A stretch of DNA of 64,000 bases from Patescibacteria group bacterium. GTDB taxonomy: Bacteria > Patescibacteriota > Minisyncoccia > RBG-13-40-8-A. Location of the stretch: positions 8,464 through 72,463 of the forward strand of contig JAZDGD010000001.1 of assembly GCA_043807255.1 (NCBI GenBank), given 5' to 3'. The position numbers were made by a program, and so were the translations under genes. Shown here in pieces: positions 46,206 through 55,260 of the stretch. The notes below the pieces were generated by a model. The model saw nothing but the letters and a program-made list of their open reading frames with translations. It did no database searches and had not been told where the DNA came from. Positions within the stretch are counted from its first letter, which is position 1; each line of letters begins with the position of its first letter.

Positions 46206-48305
46206 ATGAAAAATAAATTTACACAACTAAAAAAAAGAGACGGACGGATTGTTGATTTTGATCAGGACAAGGTTACCGAAGCAATTTTTAAAGCGCTAAC
46301 AGCTACCAATGAGGGAGGGCGAGGTATCGCCAAAAAACTCTCCAATAAAGTGGTAGTTTTTTTAAATAAACGATTTAAAAAAGATCACATTCCTGCGGTT
46401 GAAGAGATTCAGGATTTAGTTGAAGAGGTTTTAATTCTTGCTGATTATGCAGAAACTGCACGTTCTTTTATTCTTTATCGCGAACAAAGAAGAAAGATTA
46501 GAGAAATCGAAAAAGCAACCCAAGAGAGCGTGGATATGGTGAGCAGTTATATTGAAGAACTTGATTGGCAGGTGCATGAAAATAGTAATATGAATTATTC
46601 TCTACAGGGACTTCATGATTATACTTCAAGTTCGATTACAAAAATTTATTGGTTGAATAAAGTTTATCCACAAGAAATACGAGAAGCAGTACAATCGGGC
46701 GATTTTCATATTCACGATTTAGGATATTTGGCTCCTTATTGTTGTGGTTGGGATTTAACAGATTTATTAATTAAGGGATTCAAGGGTGTTGCGGGCAAAA
46801 TAGAGACCAAACCAGCAAAACATTTTCGTACCGCCTTAAATCATATTGTGAATTTTTTCTATACATTACAGGGCGAAACGGCAGGAGCAGAAGCGTTTTC
46901 TAATTTCGATACATTATTAGCGCCATTCATTCGGTATGATGATTTAGATTATTTGCAGGTAAAACAATGTTTGCAAGAATTTTTATTCGGTTGCAATGTG
47001 CCAACTCGCGTTGGATTTCAAACCCCATTTACAAATATAACTATGGATTTGGTCGTGCCAGAAAATTTAAAAAACAATCCAGTAATTATTGGTGGCAAGG
47101 CACAGAAAGAATCTTATAAGGAATTTCAGAAAGAAATGGATATGTTGAATAGGGCATTTGCAGAATTAATGGCAGAAGGAGATGCAACCGGAAGAGTGTT
47201 CACTTTTCCCATCCCAACATATAATATTACCAAGAATTTTCAATGGGACAATCCGGTTTTAGATTCGGTTTGGGAAATGACAGCAAAATATGGTATTCCA
47301 TATTTTGCTAATTTTATCAATAGTGAAATGAGCCCTGAAGATGCGCGATCAATGTGTTGTCGCTTGCGACTTGATAACAGAGAATTATATAAAAGAGGAG
47401 GAGGGTTGTTTGGTGCGGCACCTTTGACTGGTTCTGTGGGCGTAGTTACAATTAATATGCCAAGAATTGGATACCTTTCAAAATCAAAAGAAGAATTTTT
47501 AAATCGCTTGAAACAATTAATGGATTTGGCAAAAGATTCTTTGGAAATAAAAAGAAAAACCATAGAAACATTTACGGAAAAAGGATTGTATCCTTATGCA
47601 AAATATTATTTAGAGGGCGTGAAAAAAATGCGTGGAAGTTATTGGGGAAATCATTTTTCAACAATCGGATTGATTGGCATGAACGAGGCATTGCTTAATT
47701 TTATGAAAAAAGACATTACTAGTTCTGAGGGCAGAAAATTTGCAATTGAAGTTCTAGAATTTATGCGCGAGAGAATGAAAATATACCAAGAGGCAACTGA
47801 CAATATGTACAATCTCGAAGCGTCGCCAGGAGAGGGAACCGCATATAGATTAGCGAAAATGGACAGAAAGCAATATCCGAACATTATCACTGCGGGTAAT
47901 GGCGAACCATATTATACTAATTCCACACAACTTCCAGTTGATCACACCGACGATTTATTTGAAGCAATAAAAATGCAAGACGATTTACAAATTAAATATA
48001 CTGGCGGAACAGTGTTTCATGGATTTATTGGTGAAAAAATTTCCGATAATGAAACAGTAAAAAGTTTAATTAAAAAAGTATTTACAAAATTTCATTTACC
48101 ATATTTTACAATTACTCCCACATTTAGTATCTGTCCAACACACGGATATATCTCGGGGGAACATTTTACTTGTCCCAAATGTACAATTGAACAGCCGTGT
48201 GAGGTTTATTCTCGCATTGTGGGCTATATTAGACCGGTACAGCAGTGGAACAAGGGTAAACAGCAAGAGTTCAGAGAGAGAAAGAAATTTGAAATAAAAA
48301 TTTAA
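46206..48305 (+). CDS. nrdD: Anaerobic (class III) ribonucleoside-triphosphate reductase with ATP cone
   Basis: KKRDG ATP cone, SMCCRL, YSRIVGY glycyl-radical motif. Confidence 0.95.
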   Translation: MKNKFTQLKKRDGRIVDFDQDKVTEAIFKALTATNEGGRGIAKKLSNKVVVFLNKRFKKDHIPAVEEIQDLVEEVLILADYAETARSFILYREQRRKIREIEKATQESVDMVSSYIEELDWQVHENSNMNYSLQGLHDYTSSSITKIYWLNKVYPQEIREAVQSGDFHIHDLGYLAPYCCGWDLTDLLIKGFKGVAGKIETKPAKHFRTALNHIVNFFYTLQGETAGAEAFSNFDTLLAPFIRYDDLDYLQVKQCLQEFLFGCNVPTRVGFQTPFTNITMDLVVPENLKNNPVIIGGKAQKESYKEFQKEMDMLNRAFAELMAEGDATGRVFTFPIPTYNITKNFQWDNPVLDSVWEMTAKYGIPYFANFINSEMSPEDARSMCCRLRLDNRELYKRGGGLFGAAPLTGSVGVVTINMPRIGYLSKSKEEFLNRLKQLMDLAKDSLEIKRKTIETFTEKGLYPYAKYYLEGVKKMRGSYWGNHFSTIGLIGMNEALLNFMKKDITSSEGRKFAIEVLEFMRERMKIYQEATDNMYNLEASPGEGTAYRLAKMDRKQYPNIITAGNGEPYYTNSTQLPVDHTDDLFEAIKMQDDLQIKYTGGTVFHGFIGEKISDNETVKSLIKKVFTKFHLPYFTITPTFSICPTHGYISGEHFTCPKCTIEQPCEVYSRIVGYIRPVQQWNKGKQQEFRERKKFEIKI

Positions 48306-48309
48306 ATAT

Positions 48310-49071
48310 ATGAAGATTGGGGGTTTGCAAAAATTAACTCTCGTTGATTATCCAAACAAAATTGCAGCAACAGTATTTTTAACTGGCTGCAATTTTAAAT
48401 GTGGCTTTTGTCATAATCCTAGTCTTGTAGACGTAAAACGGAGGACAGACCTCCGTAATTACGGAGGTCTGTCCTCCGTAGAATTCTTTGATTTTTTAAA
48501 ATCAAAACAAGGATTGATTGATGGAATTTGTGTTACTGGCGGAGAACCAACCATAAATTCTAATTTAGTTGAATTCATCAAAAGAATAAAAGAATTAAAT
48601 TTTTCAATTAAACTAGATACCAACGGGAGCAACCCTGAAATGTTACAGGAGTTAATCAAACAAAAATTATTAGACTTTATTGCCATGGACATCAAGACAT
48701 CTGTGGATGTTAAAAATCCAAAATCCCATGCCTACCGGCAGGCAGGCAAAATCCAAAATTCAAAATACGACAAAGCGACGGGAACGAACGTAAATATCGA
48801 AAACATAATGAAAAGTGTAGAAATAATAAAAAATTCTAAAATAGATTATGAATTTAGAACAACGGTTGTGCCAGGCATAGTTAATAGGGAAGATATTGAA
48901 AGAATTGGTAAATGGTTAAAGGGCGTAAAAAAATTCTCCTTACAGCAATTTAGAAATCAAAAGGTTTTAAACAAAGAATTTGAAAAAGTTATACCATACC
49001 GGGACGATACATTAAAAGAGTTTAAAAAAATATTAGAAAAATATATTAAAAACGTGGAACTAAGAATTTGA
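48310..49071 (+). CDS. nrdG: Anaerobic RNR activating radical-SAM enzyme
   Basis: GCNFKCGFCHN, TGGEPT, KLDTNG motifs; follows nrdD. Confidence 0.92.
   Translation: MKIGGLQKLTLVDYPNKIAATVFLTGCNFKCGFCHNPSLVDVKRRTDLRNYGGLSSVEFFDFLKSKQGLIDGICVTGGEPTINSNLVEFIKRIKELNFSIKLDTNGSNPEMLQELIKQKLLDFIAMDIKTSVDVKNPKSHAYRQAGKIQNSKYDKATGTNVNIENIMKSVEIIKNSKIDYEFRTTVVPGIVNREDIERIGKWLKGVKKFSLQQFRNQKVLNKEFEKVIPYRDDTLKEFKKILEKYIKNVELRI
48438..48479. repeat. Perfect 42-bp palindrome in-frame in nrdG
   Basis: ACGGAGGACAGACCTCCGTAA|TTACGGAGGTCTGTCCTCCGT. Confidence 0.9.
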
Positions 49072-49115
49072 CTTTATTTAAAAAAAGAGTATATTGATGA
49101 ATAGGGAGGAACGAC

Positions 49116-49298
49116 ATGAAAAAAGAAAGTTGGATTTGTCCTTTTTGTGGCCAAGCGAACCGGAGAAACAAAACCAAGTGTGAGTTTTGCAAGCAGAAAA
49201 AGCCAGCGTATCAACTTCCTTCGGACGCAGGGGGCAAGGAAGAAAGTGCATTCGGCAAGACGTACTATGGGTTGACCGGGATCTTTGCGGGGGAATAA
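49116..49298 (+). CDS. Small RanBP2-type zinc-finger protein
   Basis: W-x-C-x2-C-x3-N-x6-C-x2-C; GGGAGGA SD; promoter TTGACT-16-TATATT. Confidence 0.7.
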   Translation: MKKESWICPFCGQANRRNKTKCEFCKQKKPAYQLPSDAGGKEESAFGKTYYGLTGIFAGE

Positions 49299-49330
49299 CC
49301 CCCGCTTTTATTTTATGATAAAATTAACTT

Positions 49331-50740
49331 ATGAAGATATCAAACATTTTTTTGATTATCTGCCTGATATTTATTATTGTTGTATTTTTTGTGTCTCCGG
49401 AAATGTTAGAAAAAAATATCCCTCAATTCCTGCCGGACGAGGGAATGCTTGCCCCGCAAAATGCGGGGTTTGTTGGGAAAATTATTAAAGAGCCGACTAT
49501 CAAAAGTAACAGTATTCAGTTAACAGTTAAAACCGAATTTGGGAAAATTTTAATTACCATCCCGAATTATCCGGAATATTTTTATGGAGACATCTTAAAA
49601 ATTAATGGCAAAATACAATTCCCGGTTATTTTTGTCCTAAAGTCGCCAGAGGCGACTCGGACCCCGACCGCCGAAGGCGGTCTAGGGGACGAATTTAATT
49701 ACAAAAACTACTTAGCCAAAGATAAAATTTATTATGTTAGTTATTATCCGAAAATAGAAATTTTAGACAGAGGTCAGGGCAATAAGATTTTTTCTGGAAT
49801 TTTAAAATTTAAAAATAATCTTACGAAAAAAGTAGAAACTTTAATGCCGTTTCCAGAAGTTTCAATTTTGGAGGGAATTATTTTGGGTAATAAACAAATA
49901 TTTTCAGAACAAATTAAAAACAATTTAAGTATCACCGGCACAAGTCACATTACGGCAATTTCAGGAATGAACATCGTAATTATTTCTGAAATTTTAATGA
50001 TTGTTTTGATTGGATTGGGATTGTGGCGGAAACAAGCGTTTTATTTTGTTTTAGTTTTAATTTTTCTTTTTATTCTAATGGTTGGTGCGCCCGCTTCAGC
50101 TGTACGTGCGGGGATTATGGGTATGATTTTTCTTTATGCAAAAAAAGTTGGCCGCTTGAGCGGTGCAATGCGAATTATGATTTTTGCGGGCGCAATCATG
50201 CTCGCGTTTAATCCGTTGTTATTAAGATACGACGTTGGGTTTCAATTGTCTTTTATCGCTGTAATTGGCTTGATTTACATCAAGCCAATTTTTGATGGGT
50301 GGTGGGGGAAATTATTGAAAAGAGAATATATTGGTTCTATTTTAGAGATTATTGATACGACGATTGCTGCACAAATATCGGTTTTGGGTATTTTGGTTTA
50401 TAATTTTGGAAAAATTTCTTTTATTTCGCCAATTACCAATATTTTAATTGTGCCATTTATAACCCTGCTTACAATTATTGGGATGATTTTTGTTGGGGGA
50501 GTGATGGTGTCTGGTTTTTTGGGAAAAATTTTACTTTGGCCGGCATATCTAGGTTCGGCCTATGTTCTACGAATAATTGATTGGTTTGCCAAAATTTCAT
50601 GGGCATCAAAAGAAATTTCAGGCGTGCATTGGCTTTGGGTTGTTGGATATTATGTTGTATTGGTTGGATTAATTGTTTTATATAATTATTATCAAAAGAA
50701 GAAATATTCGGTCCTTGAAGGACCGAATATTATGGGTTAA
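49331..50740 (+). CDS. comEC: ComEC/Rec2 competence channel (OB + membrane domains)
   Basis: GTSHITAISGMN, SAVRAGIMG, DVGFQLSF motifs. Confidence 0.92.
   Translation: MKISNIFLIICLIFIIVVFFVSPEMLEKNIPQFLPDEGMLAPQNAGFVGKIIKEPTIKSNSIQLTVKTEFGKILITIPNYPEYFYGDILKINGKIQFPVIFVLKSPEATRTPTAEGGLGDEFNYKNYLAKDKIYYVSYYPKIEILDRGQGNKIFSGILKFKNNLTKKVETLMPFPEVSILEGIILGNKQIFSEQIKNNLSITGTSHITAISGMNIVIISEILMIVLIGLGLWRKQAFYFVLVLIFLFILMVGAPASAVRAGIMGMIFLYAKKVGRLSGAMRIMIFAGAIMLAFNPLLLRYDVGFQLSFIAVIGLIYIKPIFDGWWGKLLKREYIGSILEIIDTTIAAQISVLGILVYNFGKISFISPITNILIVPFITLLTIIGMIFVGGVMVSGFLGKILLWPAYLGSAYVLRIIDWFAKISWASKEISGVHWLWVVGYYVVLVGLIVLYNYYQKKKYSVLEGPNIMG
50703..50731. repeat. REP palindrome of RAYT-2 (5' flank, inside comEC 3' end)
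   Basis: AATATTCGGTCCTT-G-AAGGACCGAATATT. Confidence 0.9.
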
Positions 50741-50750
50741 AATAAAATAT

Positions 50751-51401
50751 ATGGCAGAAATTTATCATATTTTAAATAGGTCAATAGATAAAAAGAAAAT
50801 ATTTTTAAATGACAAAGATTATTTTAGATTTGTCCACGATTTATTTGAATTTAACGACGAAAGCCTAGCAAGTAAATATTCGGTCCTTGAAGGACCGAAT
50901 ATTAGAAAGCCAAGAAAATTGCTGGTAAATATTCATGCGTTTTGTCTGATGCCGAATCATTATCACTTATTGATAAGTGAAATAAGAGAAGGTGGGATTT
51001 CAAAATTTATGCAAAAACTTGGCGCTGGCTATGTTAGATATTTTAACGCCAGATACAAGCGCAAAGGAACCATCTTCGAGAGTCGTTATAAATCAATTTT
51101 AATCAGTAACTCTAATCATTTTCTCAATCTTCCGTATTATATTCATCTAAATCCGCTAGATCTTAAGTTCCCAGAATGGAGGGAGAGAAAAATAAAAGAT
51201 TACAACAAGGCAACAGAATATTTAGACAAGTATAGATGGTCTAGCCATATGGACTATTCAAATATTAAGAATTTTCCGTCAGTTACAGACCGAAAATTAT
51301 TATTAGATATATTTGGCGGAGAAGAGAAGTATAAACAAAGCATAAATAGATGGTTAAAAGAAATGGAAATAGGCGACATGGGGGAATTGATATTAGAATA
51401 A
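50751..51401 (+). mobile_element. REP-associated tyrosine transposase (RAYT-like) no. 2
   Basis: YHILNR, FCLMPNHYHLL (HUH), GTIFESRY, YIHLNP, YRWSSH; ATG at 50751. Confidence 0.9.
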
Positions 51402-51429
51402 ATATTCGGTCCTCGAAGGACCGAATATT
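51401..51429. repeat. REP palindrome of RAYT-2 (3' flank)
   Basis: AATATTCGGTCCTC-G-AAGGACCGAATATT. Confidence 0.9.
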
Positions 51430-51477
51430 TATTTATTGTTGAATAAAAAAAGCCCGTGGCGAAACAAATTTATCACA

Positions 51478-52329
51478 ATGATTAGAAAATATCAAGGGAA
51501 AATTTTATTAAGCCTATTGACGATTACGATAATCGTTTGGATTTTTGTATTTCAAGAGTCAATTCCGAATAAGTTTTTGGAGATTGATTTTTTGGATGTC
51601 GGACAGGGCGATGCAATTTTTATTGAAACATTAAACAAAAAACAAATGTTAATCGACGGCGGACCGAATTTAAGCGTTTTAGAAAAATTGGGCGAAGTTA
51701 TGCCGTTTTATGATCGATATATTGATGTTGTTTTGTTAACCCACCCCGAACAGGATCATATGAATGGTTTAATTGAGGTTCTAAAGAGATATAATGTTGG
51801 AGTTATTGTATTTAATGGGATTATCAGAGACACGGCACAATATCATGAATTTGTAAATTTAATTGGAAACAAAAAAACTCCAATCTATATTGCACAAGCC
51901 GGTGAAAAGATTGATTTTGGCAACGGTATCAATTTAGATATTTTGTATCCATTTGAAAGCATGGAAAACAAAAAATTGTCTGATTCGAATAATTATTCGG
52001 TTGTTGGGAAATTAATCTACAAGAATTTTAGCGTACTATTTACGGGCGATATAGAAAAGAGCACTGAAAATAAATTAATTAAAGCAAAAGTTGATTTAAG
52101 TGCTGATATTATAAAAATTGCACATCATGGTAGTAAAACCTCGACCAGTGACGCATTTTTGAACGCAGTAAATGCAATAATGGCGATAATTGAGGTCGGA
52201 AAAGATAATTCTTATGGCCATCCGCACCCAGACGTTATGAGCCGACTGAAGAATTTAATTGTTTTACAAACTAGCAACGAAGGCACTATACAAATTCTAA
52301 CCGACGGAGAAAAGATTATTAAAAAATAA
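51478..52329 (+). CDS. ComEC-associated metallo-beta-lactamase-fold nuclease
   Basis: FLDVGQGDA, THPEQDH, LFTGD, HHGS, NSYGHPH motifs. Confidence 0.92.
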   Translation: MIRKYQGKILLSLLTITIIVWIFVFQESIPNKFLEIDFLDVGQGDAIFIETLNKKQMLIDGGPNLSVLEKLGEVMPFYDRYIDVVLLTHPEQDHMNGLIEVLKRYNVGVIVFNGIIRDTAQYHEFVNLIGNKKTPIYIAQAGEKIDFGNGINLDILYPFESMENKKLSDSNNYSVVGKLIYKNFSVLFTGDIEKSTENKLIKAKVDLSADIIKIAHHGSKTSTSDAFLNAVNAIMAIIEVGKDNSYGHPHPDVMSRLKNLIVLQTSNEGTIQILTDGEKIIKK

Positions 52330-52355
52330 GTGAAATTGTGATAGAATAGAGGTAT

Positions 52356-52751
52356 ATGAAAAACTACGAATGGTATCAGCAATTAATTAGGCCGTCGTGG
52401 GCTCCGCCTTCGTGGCTTTTTGGTCCGGTTTGGACGGTTTTGTATGCTTTGATTGCAATTTCGTTTGGCAAGGTTTTTATGATGGCATTTCAAAAGAAAA
52501 TTAGTTTTATTGTTGTGCTACCATTTATTTTAAATCTCATTTTTAATTTTGCGTTTACGCCGATCCAGTTCGGCTTACAAAACAATATTTTAGCAGCAAT
52601 TGATATCTTGTTGGTGCTTGGTACATTAATCTGGGCAATGATCGCGATTTTCCCACACATGAAATGGGTTGCATATATTAACATTCCATATCTTTTGTGG
52701 GTTTGTTTCGCAACAGTGTTGCAATTAACGGTAACATTCTTAAATAGGTAA
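52356..52751 (+). CDS. tspO: TspO/MBR family protein
   Basis: WY..L..PSWAPPSWLFGPVWTVLY and PYLLWV.FA motifs. Confidence 0.92.
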   Translation: MKNYEWYQQLIRPSWAPPSWLFGPVWTVLYALIAISFGKVFMMAFQKKISFIVVLPFILNLIFNFAFTPIQFGLQNNILAAIDILLVLGTLIWAMIAIFPHMKWVAYINIPYLLWVCFATVLQLTVTFLNR

Positions 52752-52760
52752 AAATAGAAC

Positions 52761-53159
52761 ATGTTTAAAGATTTATTGGAAAAATTAAAAAAACTAAATT
52801 TGCCGAAAGGTAAATTTGCGATATTTGGAAGCGGACCAATGATAGTAAGGGGACTGAAGGAATCGGGAAACATAGATCTTGTTGTAACGCGAGATGTTTT
52901 TGAGGAATTTAGAGATAAAGAAGGATGGAGTGCAAAACTTGAAACTTGCGATGGACTGCAAAATGGTGATATTGAAATGTATTATGAGTGGGGACCGGGC
53001 GAATGGGATGTTGAAAAATTAATAAACGAAGCGGAAATAATAGATGGTTTGTCATTTGCAAGAATGGAAGAGGTTTTAAGGTGGAAGAAAGTATATAATA
53101 GAGAAAAGGATCAAAAGGACATAGAATTAATTGAGAAATATTTAGAAAATAAAAAATAA
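52761..53159 (+). CDS. Nucleotidyltransferase-like hypothetical protein
   Basis: FGSG..RGL...NIDL motif and C-terminal REKD..DI. Confidence 0.6.
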   Translation: MFKDLLEKLKKLNLPKGKFAIFGSGPMIVRGLKESGNIDLVVTRDVFEEFRDKEGWSAKLETCDGLQNGDIEMYYEWGPGEWDVEKLINEAEIIDGLSFARMEEVLRWKKVYNREKDQKDIELIEKYLENKK

Positions 53160-53232
53160 AATAAAAAAGACAATCCGAAAAGATTGTTTTTTTTATTGGG
53201 CAAGCCGTCGCCAAGGCTATGGCATTGCGAGG

Positions 53233-53303
53233 TCGGGCTGCCGAGAATCGAACTCGGGCCACACCCACCCCATGGGCGCGTACTGCCACTATACTACAGC
53301 CCG
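53233..53303 (-). tRNA. tRNA-Pro(GGG)
   Basis: CGGGCTG acceptor; anticodon arm CGCCC-ATGGGGT-GGGTG; T-arm CCGAG-TTCGATT-CTCGG. Confidence 0.93.
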
Positions 53304-53313
53304 TAATTGGGGC

Positions 53314-53502
53314 TTATTTCTTTTTTCCAATTTGCTTAATACACTTTACACAAGCTTTAATTCTTTGACCATTAGCCAAAGTTGTCCATTGTAAATTTGG
53401 ATATCTTCTTGATTTGCAAGTAGGATTATATTTGCTGCGTAGCTTTTTTCGTGTTACGCTCATTATAGATGTTTTCCCGCAAAGGGAACATATTCTTGAC
53501 AT
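53314..53502 (-). CDS. rpmB: 50S ribosomal protein L28
   Basis: MSRICSLCGK...RR.PNLQ...CVKCIK; ATG at 53502. Confidence 0.9.
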   Translation of the reverse strand: MSRICSLCGKTSIMSVTRKKLRSKYNPTCKSRRYPNLQWTTLANGQRIKACVKCIKQIGKKK

Positions 53503-53609
53503 AAAATTATTCCCCGCCCGCAACGCCAAGCGTAGCTTTGGCGGGCAGGTAATTATTCTAATTTCTAATTAACCTAATTAAATTTAACACGGAATTAAAA
53601 ATTTAGCAA

Positions 53610-54203
53610 ATGTCTTCAATTGAAACAAAAATATTCATATATATAATCATAATCTTCTCTGCGATCATTCACGAGTACTGTCATGCTTGGGCTGCTTTTG
53701 CTCAGGGTGATCATACTGCCAAGAACGCAGGGAGATTGACCCTGAACCCAATCCCACATATTGATATTTATGGGACAGTGATTATTCCATTGTTCTTTTT
53801 GTTTTTTGTTGGCGGTTTTCTGGGTTGGGCAAAACCAGTGCCAATCAATCCTTATAACTTTAAAAACCAGAAATGGGGATTAACCTTCGTTTCTTTGGCC
53901 GGGCCAGCTTCTAATTTATTTATCGCTTTGGTTCTGGGATTGTTAATTAGGTTTTCCGTTTTTCCATTTTTGACTATGCCATTTGGATGGATAGCTTACA
54001 TTAATATATTTTTGGCATTGTTCAATTTGATTCCCATGCCACCGCTTGATGGCTCAAAGTTATTAATCAACAAATTTCCCAAATTGGAAGAAAAATTTGG
54101 CAAATCATTTGTTGGGACATTTATTGCTTTAGCGATTGCAATTACAATCTTACCAACCATCGCAAGTTTCATTTTTACAATTTTCGCCGGACATACGATA
54201 TAA
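53610..54203 (+). CDS. Site-2 protease (M50) family protein
   Basis: HEYCH, GRLTLNP, AGPASN, FNLIPMPPLDG motifs. Confidence 0.93.
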   Translation: MSSIETKIFIYIIIIFSAIIHEYCHAWAAFAQGDHTAKNAGRLTLNPIPHIDIYGTVIIPLFFLFFVGGFLGWAKPVPINPYNFKNQKWGLTFVSLAGPASNLFIALVLGLLIRFSVFPFLTMPFGWIAYINIFLALFNLIPMPPLDGSKLLINKFPKLEEKFGKSFVGTFIALAIAITILPTIASFIFTIFAGHTI

Positions 54204-54295
54204 GATGGGGATATATTTGACAAGAGATTTTTTTAACGCTATTATTTGAATAACTCAATAATTGAGAGAGTTATTTTTTTATACAGAATTTATTT

Positions 54296-54742
54296 ATGCC
54301 GACAATACATCAATTAATTAAACGACCAAGAAAAGCTTTGAAGTCAAAAACAACAACGCCTGCTTTAAGGCGTGGTTTTAATGTTAAAAAAAATAGACCA
54401 ATAAAAGGTTTTTCTCCATTTAAACGAGGTGTTTGTTTAAAGGTTTTTACAATTACACCCAAAAAACCAAATTCAGCATTGAGAAAAGTTGCCAGGGTTC
54501 GTCTCACCAATCAAATGGAAGTAACGGCATATATCCCAGGCGAAGGTCATAATTTACAGGAACATTCCGTGGTTGTGCTTCGTGGTGGGAGAGTAAAGGA
54601 TTTGCCAGGTGTTAGATATCATATTGTTCGAGGGATATTAGATACCGTTGGAGTTGAGGGTAGAAAACAACAAAGATCAAAATATGGTGCTAAAAAACTC
54701 GCCGCAAGCGCGAAGCGCAAGCAGGCGAGCCCGCCACAATAG
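54296..54742 (+). CDS. rpsL: 30S ribosomal protein S12
   Basis: [10 protein letters not shown] and [12 protein letters not shown] motifs. Confidence 0.98.
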   Translation: MPTIHQLIKRPRKALKSKTTTPALRRGFNVKKNRPIKGFSPFKRGVCLKVFTITPKKPNSALRKVARVRLTNQMEVTAYIPGEGHNLQEHSVVVLRGGRVKDLPGVRYHIVRGILDTVGVEGRKQQRSKYGAKKLAASAKRKQASPPQ

Positions 54743-54782
54743 TCGCATAGCGACTTTTGGGCGGGGATTCTCCCCAAAATTT

Positions 54783-55256
54783 ATGAGAAGAAAACAAGCG
54801 GCAAAAATTGAATTAAATCCAGATCCAAGATATAACAGTATTTTGGTTTCTAAATTTGTAAACAATTTGATGATTGGAGGGAAGAAATCAACTGCTCAGA
54901 CTATTTTTTATACCGCGATGGATACGGCAGCAAAACAATTAAAAAAGGAAGAAAGCGCTTTAGAAATCTTTGAACAAGCGATTAAAAACACTTCACCGCT
55001 TTTGGAGGTTAAGTCTAAAAGAGTTGGAGGAGCTAATTATCAGGTTCCTTACGAGGTAAAAGGCAAAAGGAAAGAAGCATTATCAATGCGTTGGATTATT
55101 GGTGCGACTCGAAAAAGCAAAGGCAAACCAACCGCGGAAAAATTAGCCAAAGAACTAATGGATGCTTATAATAATACTGGCGAGGCAGTTAAAAAGAAAG
55201 AAGAAACACATCGTGTAGCGGAAGCAAACAGAGCTTTTGCACATTTTGCATGGTAA
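54783..55256 (+). CDS. rpsG: 30S ribosomal protein S7
   Basis: [10 protein letters not shown] and [10 protein letters not shown] motifs; ATG at 54783. Confidence 0.97.
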   Translation: MRRKQAAKIELNPDPRYNSILVSKFVNNLMIGGKKSTAQTIFYTAMDTAAKQLKKEESALEIFEQAIKNTSPLLEVKSKRVGGANYQVPYEVKGKRKEALSMRWIIGATRKSKGKPTAEKLAKELMDAYNNTGEAVKKKEETHRVAEANRAFAHFAW

Positions 55257-55260
55257 ATAT

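Noticed and set aside
49331-52329. comEC as a transposon-disrupted pseudogene
   Set aside because: Both parts are intact ORFs with their own starts (the MBL gene has its own N-terminal TM), and split ComEC is a known arrangement.
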